This document shows, in pieces, positions 34,285 through 42,186 of a stretch of DNA of 51,806 nucleotides. Source of the DNA: an uncultured Pseudomonadota bacterium. GTDB lineage: Bacteria > Pseudomonadota > Gammaproteobacteria > Steroidobacterales > Steroidobacteraceae. The notes under the pieces were generated by a model that saw only the letters and a program-made list of their open reading frames with translations, was not told the origin of the DNA and made no database searches. The DNA lies in contig CAIVTJ010000045.1 of assembly GCA_903908825.1 (NCBI GenBank), forward strand, positions 1-51,806, written 5' to 3'. Positions within the stretch are counted from its first letter, which is position 1; each line of letters opens with the position of its first letter. The position numbers were made by a program, and so were the translations under genes.

Positions 34285-34704
34285 TTATGGATTAGCAGCA
34301 GACTTGTCGTTGGGATCGGGACTGAACTGCAGATGCCGGCCGTCACCGAAACTCATATCCAGTAGATAACCAAAGGCCGGCGTGCCATTGCGTGCCGGAT
34401 GAGCGGCGACGGTCACAGTCTGGCCCTCGCCCAGCAACTGCTGCTTGGACAAACCACCTTTGCGCATCATGGCCACCGGCAGGCACTCCAGCCGCCACGT
34501 GGTCACAGCACCACCCGCCTCTTTGACGTCAAGATAGACCGACGTGTGCGGATTGACCCAGTCCACCCGGCTGACCGTGCCGGTCAGTTTCAAGGTACGG
34601 CTGATGTCGAACACACCGGCTACCGAATGGTGAGCCGCCGCTGGCATCGCGAGGGCAGCCAGCGCAACAGCCAAAGAGGCCAACAGGTTTCGCTTCGCGT
34701 TCAT
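34285..34704 (-). CDS. DUF6152-like secreted protein B1
   Basis: Signal peptide ending AAA, then HHSVAGVFD..GTV..WVNPH..WRLE. Confidence 0.85.
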   Translation of the reverse strand: MNAKRNLLASLAVALAALAMPAAAHHSVAGVFDISRTLKLTGTVSRVDWVNPHTSVYLDVKEAGGAVTTWRLECLPVAMMRKGGLSKQQLLGEGQTVTVAAHPARNGTPAFGYLLDMSFGDGRHLQFSPDPNDKSAANP

Positions 34705-34713
34705 AAGACCGCC

Positions 34714-35505
34714 TTATTGCAAAATGGTATGACCCGACTCGTCGACAGGATTGCGATCATTTTCGGCGCAGACAAACTCCATCAAGCTCCACTCGCGCTG
34801 ACGGGTGAAGGTGTGGGTGATGTGATAGGGCTGCGCCAAAGCATCAGCGTCATCTAACGTGACTTCGTCGATAAAGGTCTGCGGATCTTTAGCATCCAAG
34901 TGCATGCGCTCGACGATATGTAACTTGGGGCTGTGCTTGATGCCGGGCCCCAGCTCGGTAATGGTCTTGATGCCCACAGTGTCGACGACCAACACCTGGC
35001 CGTCCCAATGGGCTGTTGAGTGGCCGAACACGCCGGGCTCCAGATCATCGGGGTGACCGCGACCGTCGGTGTAGATGGATCGCCATTGCATCCACGCCTC
35101 GTGGTGCACTGTCACCCGCCCGGGAGTGAACATGAACTCGATGGGGTATTGCGCAGTCGCCAGCATATTGGGCATGCCCGGTGGCATGCAGTTGGAGGTC
35201 TCGCGACGGACCACGCCGCTATTGCTCTTGACCTCGTTCTGCCACGCTTCATAGCGCTTGAGGTATTCACCCTTGAGCTGCGGACGCTCCCGGGGCGGCT
35301 CGCCCGGGGCCGGCGGCTTGGGGCGCGCCAAGACCCACACACCACCCCAGTCAGGCAAGGCGTTGAGCGCGGCGTAGGCTCCCTTGGGGAACGCGGCATT
35401 GACCGCCTGTTTTGAAGGGGCGGCTGCCGCACCGGCGACGCCCGCACCCAGCACAGAACACAGCAGCAGGGCCACAGGTCCGACGGTCAATCGTTGAAAT
35501 TTCAT
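34714..35505 (-). CDS. Secreted hypothetical protein, two-Cys family paralogue A2
   Basis: Start ATG 35505 (MKFQRL); signal peptide; motifs PDWGGVW, CMPPGMP, DGRGH, GHSTAHWDGQVLVVDT and EFVCAEN. Confidence 0.85.
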   Translation of the reverse strand: MKFQRLTVGPVALLLCSVLGAGVAGAAAAPSKQAVNAAFPKGAYAALNALPDWGGVWVLARPKPPAPGEPPRERPQLKGEYLKRYEAWQNEVKSNSGVVRRETSNCMPPGMPNMLATAQYPIEFMFTPGRVTVHHEAWMQWRSIYTDGRGHPDDLEPGVFGHSTAHWDGQVLVVDTVGIKTITELGPGIKHSPKLHIVERMHLDAKDPQTFIDEVTLDDADALAQPYHITHTFTRQREWSLMEFVCAENDRNPVDESGHTILQ

Positions 35506-35600
35506 ACTTGCACCCCCACTCTTATCTAACGGCCGCAGTAAGCATATAATGCCCGTAGTCACAGTTGCACGCATCAGCCAATCAGGCTGGGGGACATCAG

Positions 35601-36020
35601 ATGAACATCCGTATTGCAATCGCATCTTTGGTGGCGGCCTCGGCCAGCGTGGCGCTGCCGGCTTATGCCCACCATTCGTTTGCCATGTTCGACCAGACCA
35701 AGCAGGTTTCACTCAAGGGCACTGTCACAGAGTTCCAGTGGACCAATCCGCATGCCTTTATTCACGTCGAGATCGCCGGTGACGGCGGCGCCAAAGAGAC
35801 CTGGGACATCGAGCTCAACAGCCCCAATAATCTCAAGCGTCAGGGCTGGAGTTCGAGCAGCGTCAAGGTGGGCGACAAGGTGGTCTTGGTTGCTAACCCG
35901 CTGCGCGAAAACGCCCACAAGGGTGGCTTATTCATCGCTGTCACGCTTCCCGACGGCACCGTCCTGGGCGATGCCACTCGCGCCGGTGGCGGCCCGATCA
36001 ATGTACCGGTCGTACCCTGA
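35601..36020 (+). CDS. DUF6152-like secreted protein B2
   Basis: Start ATG 35601; signal peptide ending AYA, then HHSFAMFD..GTV..WTNPH..WDIE..GW..GD. Confidence 0.88.
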   Translation: MNIRIAIASLVAASASVALPAYAHHSFAMFDQTKQVSLKGTVTEFQWTNPHAFIHVEIAGDGGAKETWDIELNSPNNLKRQGWSSSSVKVGDKVVLVANPLRENAHKGGLFIAVTLPDGTVLGDATRAGGGPINVPVVP

Positions 36021-36040
36021 ACTGTCTTAGGAGACACACC

Positions 36041-36451
36041 ATGAAGATCAGTCACATCGCATTAGCCACTGCCGGTTTGCTGGCTTTTTCGGCCCCGGCT
36101 TGGGTGCACCACTCCGGCGCCATGTTCGATCCGGGCCGTGAGCAGACCATCGTCGGCACGGTCACCGAGTTCAATTGGACCAACCCGCACTCGTCCTTCA
36201 AGGTTGAGGTCACTGACGCTGCCGGCAAGAGTGAGATCTGGGCGGTCGAGATGAACGGCCCGCAGAACCTGATGCACGACGGCTGGAAGCGCTCGAGCAT
36301 CAAGCCGGGCGACAAGATCTCGGCTGTGGTGCATCCGCTGCGCGACGGCAAGCCCGGCGGTTCGTATGTGTCAGTGACGCTGGCCGATGGCACCCAACTC
36401 AAGGGCACCGGCCCCGGCCAGTCGGGCTACGACGCGCCCGCTGCCAAATAA
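36041..36451 (+). CDS. DUF6152-like secreted protein B3
   Basis: SD AGGAG; signal peptide, then HHSGAMFD..GTV..WTNPH..WAVE..GW..KPGD..PLRDG. Confidence 0.88.
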   Translation: MKISHIALATAGLLAFSAPAWVHHSGAMFDPGREQTIVGTVTEFNWTNPHSSFKVEVTDAAGKSEIWAVEMNGPQNLMHDGWKRSSIKPGDKISAVVHPLRDGKPGGSYVSVTLADGTQLKGTGPGQSGYDAPAAK

Positions 36452-36470
36452 GCCGGTCTTCGCAGTCTGT

Positions 36471-36498
36471 TTAAAGGGCGGCCCCGGTCGGGGCCGCC
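36471..36498. terminator. GC-rich hairpin between convergent genes, probable terminator
   Basis: GGCGGCCCC-GGTC-GGGGCCGCC, with a short T run after it on the minus strand. Confidence 0.55.
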
Positions 36499-36511
36499 GC
36501 AGATCAGGGCC

Positions 36512-37405
36512 TTACTTCTTGGCCCGATCGTCCAGAGCCTTCTGACCTGCGCCCGTGCTGGGCAGGTTCTGGTTCAGGTTAGGTAAGCACTCCACTTCCG
36601 GAATGTCGCTGTAGTCCTGACGCAAAAAGTTCTTGCTGCTCTTCCATTCGCCGGGCCACATCTTCGGGTCGGTCAGGCTGTAGTCGATATGCATCGTCAT
36701 GCCCTTATCGAGCATGGTGATGCGTTCGACGATTTCAAACTCGTCGCTGATCGGTATACCCGAATCGATGTAGTGCTCGTTGGGCTCGATGTACTTGGTG
36801 CTGACCACCAGCGTGTCTTTTTCCCAATGACCAATCGACTCGCCGTTGTAAGTGGGCACCGCATAGTCAGAGTCTGCATGCTCCCGGCCATCGAGATAGA
36901 TGAAGCGCATGCTGTTGGTGAATGCGAACAACATGTAAATGATGGTGGGCTTCTGAATCATGCTGATGGGCCAGACGCGGGTCATGATCATCGGCATACC
37001 GATCGGGTAGCACTGACCGCTGACATCGCGATAAGCCACACCCTTCTTGCGGGCCTCTTCGGCTTCACGAAGGGCAGTCTGGCCGGGTTCTTTGAAGGCC
37101 GGATAGTTGGGGCCGAAACGGAAGTCGTTAAATGAACGGCGCAGATCAACAAACCAAGTGCCGGTCACATCGAAGGGTGCCTTGGGGCGCTTCTTGGCCA
37201 GGTTCTCGGGGGCCAGCGCACCCAAGTACTTCGGGTGCTTGTGGGCCAGCTCATCCATACGGTCTTGGCTGAGTCCACCGCCAGCCGTACGACCGGCTGC
37301 CGGTGCGGCAGGTGCCGCCGCTTGAGCGAAACAGAGCCCGGGCAGCGCCGAAAAAACGACCGACAAGGCCGCGGTCTTAGCAAAACCAGGAAGTGACTTG
37401 AACAT
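36512..37405 (-). CDS. Secreted hypothetical protein, two-Cys family paralogue A3
   Basis: Start ATG 37405 after GGAGG; signal peptide; motifs FDVTGTW, CYPIGMP, DGREH, GESIGHWEKDTLVVST and EVEC. Confidence 0.85.
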   Translation of the reverse strand: MFKSLPGFAKTAALSVVFSALPGLCFAQAAAPAAPAAGRTAGGGLSQDRMDELAHKHPKYLGALAPENLAKKRPKAPFDVTGTWFVDLRRSFNDFRFGPNYPAFKEPGQTALREAEEARKKGVAYRDVSGQCYPIGMPMIMTRVWPISMIQKPTIIYMLFAFTNSMRFIYLDGREHADSDYAVPTYNGESIGHWEKDTLVVSTKYIEPNEHYIDSGIPISDEFEIVERITMLDKGMTMHIDYSLTDPKMWPGEWKSSKNFLRQDYSDIPEVECLPNLNQNLPSTGAGQKALDDRAKK

Positions 37406-37434
37406 GGACGGCGTGCCTCCGAGCATCAGAAATA

Positions 37435-40400
37435 TTAGCGGGTCGTTTTCAAACTGCGAACGAACTCAATTATGGGTGTAGTCACGGTCTGATCACCACT
37501 GCCCACAGAGTAGGATTCGGAAATATGCGAGTGTCCGGCCGCACGAAACTGCTGGTAAGGCAGGCCCGTGGCCGCCCGGGCGCGCACCAGCGCTGCAGCG
37601 TCGCTGATAAAACTCTCGGGATCGAGCTCGGCATGGGTAATCAATAACGGTACCGGACTACGCGCCAACAACTGCAGGGACTCGCGCGCCGCATACTGGC
37701 TGACATCCTCGCCGTAATAGTCCTTCCACACGGACACGGTGTTGCCCAAGGTGTAGATGCCGCTCATCAAGACCGCACCAGCCACGCCGGGCTGAGTCGT
37801 ATGCGCCAGGTAATCCGCGACATGCGCGCCGCCGGCGGAGTGACCCCACAGGATGATCTGCTGCGGATCACCGCCGTAGTCAGCCGCATGCGCTTTGAGC
37901 CAAGCGACCAGACGCGTCAGATCTTCTATGCCCGCCGGATATTGAAACTGCGGCGCAAGACGATAGTTGATGGTGATGCCGACCAAACCTTGACCAGCGG
38001 CCCACACACCGATGTTGTCGTAGAACGGTGAATCGGGCGCACTCTTGGCGCCCCCGCGAAACCCGCCGCCATGGACAAACACCAGTACCGGCTTGCCACG
38101 CTTGCCGTCATTGCCGGTAAACACGTTCACCCGGTGGCGCTCGTGCGGACCATAGGCGGCATCACGCTGTACCGTGACGCCGGCGTAAGGCTCGCGGGCT
38201 TGCAGCGGCGCATACAAGGGCGTGGTCTTGGCGCCATCTATGCGCGGGCCGATTTCCCGCAGGGCCGCAGCAATCGATGCAGGCATGCCACCCGTGGCCT
38301 GCGCTCGCGCTGCCGGCACAGCAAAGGCTGGCGGGATCGGGTAAGAGGCCATCTGCGCGGCTAGCGGCTGCAGCGACGGCAGTTGCGTGCGGCCGCTGAC
38401 CGGATTGGCATAGTGGTAAGGAATCTCATAGACCACCGGGAACATGGCAATAGGCAATGTGGGTGGCGAGTCAGGTGGAAACTCAGGACTGATGCCGGGC
38501 ATGCCACGACTGGAACCCTTGGCCCACCCTCCCTCGTAATTGGCCGACCAAGTGTTGTAGGTGTGCACGACACTGAAGCGCCACACGCCATTTTCTTTGA
38601 TGGCTTCATTCTCGTAAACCGAAGCACCCATAGAGGCGCGATTACCCAGGTTCATCTGTTGCAGCATGCGCAAGCGGATCTTGGCGCTGTTGCCATCGGC
38701 TGCCACATGGATGACCGGCTGCATCTGAATGTGGTTGCCCAATCGCCCGACGACAGGACCTTCTTCACCGCGACCAAACACTTTGATCAGGAAGTCACGC
38801 AAGCGCGCACCTTTGTAGACACCGCGCTGCGCCAGTTCGATGCTGCCTTCGGCCGCAAACAAGTTAGCCAGATCGGTCCACAGGTTTTTGTCGAGGTAAT
38901 AGCCGTAGGCGCTCTCGAGGTTTTCCAGCTCATGAAAGTCCTTGGCGCGAGCCACCAGACTCTCGGCTTGCGTCACTGCTGCCGCAACGTCTGTAACCGC
39001 CTTAGCCTTGACCGCAGCAGGCGTGAACAGCGTCGCCGCAGCGATAGCGGCACCCGGACCACCCACCTGCGGATAGACAGCCGGCGCACCGGTCACAGGA
39101 TTGCGGTAGTGATAAGGCGGCACATGCGCCTTGGGATAGATGGCATAAACCTGGGTCGGCGGCCGGTCGGGTGGCAGCGCAGCCAGCACGCCCGGTGCAG
39201 CTTGCGCATCCTTGGCCCAACCTTGGTCATAGTCGCTGATGAAAGTCGGGTAGTAATGCACCGACTGGAACTTCCAGACGCCACCTTCATTGACGTAAGC
39301 ATTTTCGTAAATGCCTTCGCTCCACTGACCACTCTTACCGTATGTGCCGGTCATAGACAGTTCGCGGCTACGCGCCCGCGCCGTCTTGCCATCGGGCGCA
39401 ACCGTCACCACCGTCTGCAATTGCAGATGGTCGTTAAGCCAGCCGGGCACCAGCCCATGCGGGCCTAAGGTGCCCAGGAAGGCGCGCACTCTGGTTTTGC
39501 CGACATACACGCCCTGCTGCGCGAACTCTAAGGTGCCCTTGCTCGCGAACAGATCGGCAATTTGATCCCACTGTGCGCGGTCCAGGTAATAGCCGTAGAT
39601 GCGCTGCAGGTTCTCGATGTCCTGCTCGTCGCGCAGACGTTGCGCGCGTCGCAGCAGGTCTGCAGCGGTCTGATGCAAATCACCTTCAACAGGCAGCACC
39701 TGCAGTTGGCTGGCATCCCAAGCCTGGCCACCGCTGAGCGTGGCGCCGGGATTGCTGTAATGAAAAGGCGCCAGGCAGGCCGCCGGAAACCCCTCGCAGT
39801 CCATCTTGCGTTCGACATCGGCCGGATGAGCCAGCGGCTGACGGACGCGGGTCGCGGTCGCAGGCGGGGCCACCCAGCCGCCGGCGTAGGGCGCACTGAA
39901 TCCGGTGTGATAGTCCAGCCGGGCAATTTTCCATACGCCATCACGGCGTACGTAATTCATCTCGTACACACCCTCTGCCCAGTTGGCGCCGTTACCGACA
40001 CCGCCAAAATAGGCCAACACCCGCCAGCGACCCTTAGCCGACTGTCCGCCCGGGTCCAGGTGGACCACAGGCTGGATGTTCATGTGGTTGTAGAGTCGGT
40101 TATCGCCAAGGCCTACCTGGCCCATGGGTACATTGCCGACATTACGGAACAGGTGCTCACGAATGCTGGCCTTGCCGATGAACACACCAGCCGGATAGTT
40201 GGCATAAGCGTCATCGGTGAACAACTCGGCCACATCAGCCCATAGGCCTTTGTCGACGTAATAGCCGTAGGTCCGTTGCAGTCGCTTGACGGCCTGCAGA
40301 TCTTCACCGGCCTGTACTTGGGCAGCCAGCAGGGCTGTACGCTCGGCCAGTGGCGACACAGCGGGCACACTGGCAGCCTGCCCTGACGTCCAAGCAGACA

Positions 40401-40452
40401 ACAAGGCCAGCGCGCAGCAGCGTAGTGCCAGTGTTTTAAAACTCATGCTCAC
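37435..40452 (-). CDS. Secreted fusion of three SnoaL/NTF2-like domains and a C-terminal alpha/beta-hydrolase (esterase)
   Basis: Signal peptide; three repeats of L..YGYY.D..W..A.LF...NH..Q.V...YE...GVW; then HGGG, YRLAP, GHSAG, ELDP and GHSH. Confidence 0.88.
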   Translation of the reverse strand: MSMSFKTLALRCCALALLSAWTSGQAASVPAVSPLAERTALLAAQVQAGEDLQAVKRLQRTYGYYVDKGLWADVAELFTDDAYANYPAGVFIGKASIREHLFRNVGNVPMGQVGLGDNRLYNHMNIQPVVHLDPGGQSAKGRWRVLAYFGGVGNGANWAEGVYEMNYVRRDGVWKIARLDYHTGFSAPYAGGWVAPPATATRVRQPLAHPADVERKMDCEGFPAACLAPFHYSNPGATLSGGQAWDASQLQVLPVEGDLHQTAADLLRRAQRLRDEQDIENLQRIYGYYLDRAQWDQIADLFASKGTLEFAQQGVYVGKTRVRAFLGTLGPHGLVPGWLNDHLQLQTVVTVAPDGKTARARSRELSMTGTYGKSGQWSEGIYENAYVNEGGVWKFQSVHYYPTFISDYDQGWAKDAQAAPGVLAALPPDRPPTQVYAIYPKAHVPPYHYRNPVTGAPAVYPQVGGPGAAIAAATLFTPAAVKAKAVTDVAAAVTQAESLVARAKDFHELENLESAYGYYLDKNLWTDLANLFAAEGSIELAQRGVYKGARLRDFLIKVFGRGEEGPVVGRLGNHIQMQPVIHVAADGNSAKIRLRMLQQMNLGNRASMGASVYENEAIKENGVWRFSVVHTYNTWSANYEGGWAKGSSRGMPGISPEFPPDSPPTLPIAMFPVVYEIPYHYANPVSGRTQLPSLQPLAAQMASYPIPPAFAVPAARAQATGGMPASIAAALREIGPRIDGAKTTPLYAPLQAREPYAGVTVQRDAAYGPHERHRVNVFTGNDGKRGKPVLVFVHGGGFRGGAKSAPDSPFYDNIGVWAAGQGLVGITINYRLAPQFQYPAGIEDLTRLVAWLKAHAADYGGDPQQIILWGHSAGGAHVADYLAHTTQPGVAGAVLMSGIYTLGNTVSVWKDYYGEDVSQYAARESLQLLARSPVPLLITHAELDPESFISDAAALVRARAATGLPYQQFRAAGHSHISESYSVGSGDQTVTTPIIEFVRSLKTTR

Positions 40453-40736
40453 TCCGGGATCCAGTGGCGATCGGCAGGCGCAGCGTTGGCCTTTAAGGCC
40501 TGAGCCTGCGGCACACCGCTGTCAATGTGGAACGCATAGGGGGGATAGGCCAGACACATGTCATCCACATGCCAGTCACCGCACGGATCTAGAGGCACGC
40601 AAACCTGAGTCAGTGGCGCGGCTTGCAACAAGGAGGCTGGCAACAGGCCTGCAACCAGACCGCCACCGACAGTCACCGTGATGCCGCCCAGAAACTGACG
40701 ACGTTGCAGGCAGGCTGACGCTAAGTCAGACATCAC
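40449..40736 (-). CDS. Small Tat-signal protein of unknown function
   Basis: SD AAGGAG; QRRQFL plus a hydrophobic stretch; mature part CVPLDPCGDWHVDDMCLAYPPYAF. Fills the gap between two operon genes, with a GTGA overlap downstream. Confidence 0.75.
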   Translation of the reverse strand: MMSDLASACLQRRQFLGGITVTVGGGLVAGLLPASLLQAAPLTQVCVPLDPCGDWHVDDMCLAYPPYAFHIDSGVPQAQALKANAAPADRHWIPE

Positions 40737-40742
40737 AGCTCC

Positions 40743-42176
40743 TTACACCTTGAACGGCGGCAGTTCGTTGGCACCGAACCAATTGGTGTGCGTGCCACCG
40801 CGCAGACGGAATGGCAGCTTGACCGTGGCCACAGCGCCTTCTTCCATGCGCTGCGCATCGACGATGACCAGATCACTGGACATCGACTCGTAGTTGCTGG
40901 CGATACCCAGCAGATAACCATCGCCCTCGCCTTTACTGCCCTTGCGCGGCACAAAGCAGCTCTCCTGCAGGCTCTGCACCGGGCCGACAAAATAGTTGCT
41001 GATCGCACCTGTGGTGACATCGACCCGCTGGTATTGGTTGGTCACGAAACCACCCATGCCGCCGGCGCGCGTCTTGTCGAAGGGCAGGTTCGGATCACGG
41101 TTGCCCACATAGCAATACTTGTAAGGCAGCGACAGATAGCGATCGTCCATACGCGCCAACACACCGTTGGACACCGACACCAGTTCTTCGTCGAAGGTGT
41201 CTTTTTTGGACTTCATGTTCATCGTCCAGCGCCGGATCTGCGATGGATCACGCTCACCGCTGGAGGTGGGCAGTTCCATGGTGATGCGGCCGTCCGGATG
41301 ATCTTGCGCATTGAGAAAGTGCAGCGTGTTGCGCGCCGGCCCTTTGAACCAACGCACGTCCTTGCCGCTGCCATCACGAGGCACCACAGCAAGCATCGTC
41401 GGCTTGCTGCCATCCCACTCCCACATCGGCTCGCCCGATTTCAGGCGCTCCAGGCTGGTGACACGCGGGATCAGCGGAATGATCACGTATTTCTGCGTGA
41501 TGGCGCAGTCATGCATGATGCCGACGTAAGGGGCCTTGAACCAGATGTCGTGCACGATCTGGCCCGACTTATCGATGATGTAAACAGCAATGTCGTCGGT
41601 CAGATCACCCTTGGCCTGATACCCATAGGCGATCATCTGGCCGTTGACTGGATCGATCTTCGGATGCGCCGAGAACGTCGTGGCGGTGTACTTACCGTTG
41701 AAGTTCCAGATGCCCTGAGTCTCTAGCGTGTGCGGATTGATGGTCCACGGCAATGAATCTTCTTTGAGCACCAGCATCTTGCCGCCGTGCCAATACAGAT
41801 GCGTATTGGCCGCCGAGCGATCGAGCTTGGCCACGCTGGGGTCATCGGTGTAGCGGTTGCGGTAAACGCCATATAAGCGCCGATGCGCATCGCGCTCGGC
41901 CTGCAAGCGCTGCGTCTGCACGTAGCGGCTGCGATAGTTGACGTTACCGTCCTTGAAGTAGAAACGGCTGACGTGACCGTCACCGTTAAAGCCTGTGGGC
42001 CATTCGTTCTGCGGCGGCCGGTACTGAAAGTCGCACTGGATGCGGTAGAACGAACCGTCGATATCCGCGGGCACTTTGCCCCAGACCTCACAGTCATAAA
42101 CATCGGCCTCAAAGCGCGTCGGCGCATTGAAGCCGGTGGCCGGGAACATCGGATGACCGCGGAAATCGACTGCCAT
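40743..42176 (-). CDS. Carotenoid-oxygenase-family dioxygenase, lignostilbene-dioxygenase-like
   Basis: Motifs FNGDG, YRNRYTDD, AANT and LKED; four candidate Fe-ligand His (SAHPK, MHD, TLHF, GTHTNW). No signal peptide. Confidence 0.92.
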   Translation of the reverse strand: MAVDFRGHPMFPATGFNAPTRFEADVYDCEVWGKVPADIDGSFYRIQCDFQYRPPQNEWPTGFNGDGHVSRFYFKDGNVNYRSRYVQTQRLQAERDAHRRLYGVYRNRYTDDPSVAKLDRSAANTHLYWHGGKMLVLKEDSLPWTINPHTLETQGIWNFNGKYTATTFSAHPKIDPVNGQMIAYGYQAKGDLTDDIAVYIIDKSGQIVHDIWFKAPYVGIMHDCAITQKYVIIPLIPRVTSLERLKSGEPMWEWDGSKPTMLAVVPRDGSGKDVRWFKGPARNTLHFLNAQDHPDGRITMELPTSSGERDPSQIRRWTMNMKSKKDTFDEELVSVSNGVLARMDDRYLSLPYKYCYVGNRDPNLPFDKTRAGGMGGFVTNQYQRVDVTTGAISNYFVGPVQSLQESCFVPRKGSKGEGDGYLLGIASNYESMSSDLVIVDAQRMEEGAVATVKLPFRLRGGTHTNWFGANELPPFKV

Positions 42177-42186
42177 GGGAGACTCC

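Noticed and set aside
40449..40736. Resemblance of the Tat peptide (DPC..V.D..YP) to QhpC or a RiPP precursor
   Set aside because: It lacks the CWW/CTQ motif, and no radical SAM, protease or other modifying enzyme is in the window.
38383..41726. Plus-strand ORFs of 361 and 312 aa
   Set aside because: Antisense to the SnoaL fusion and the dioxygenase, with no independent coding signal.
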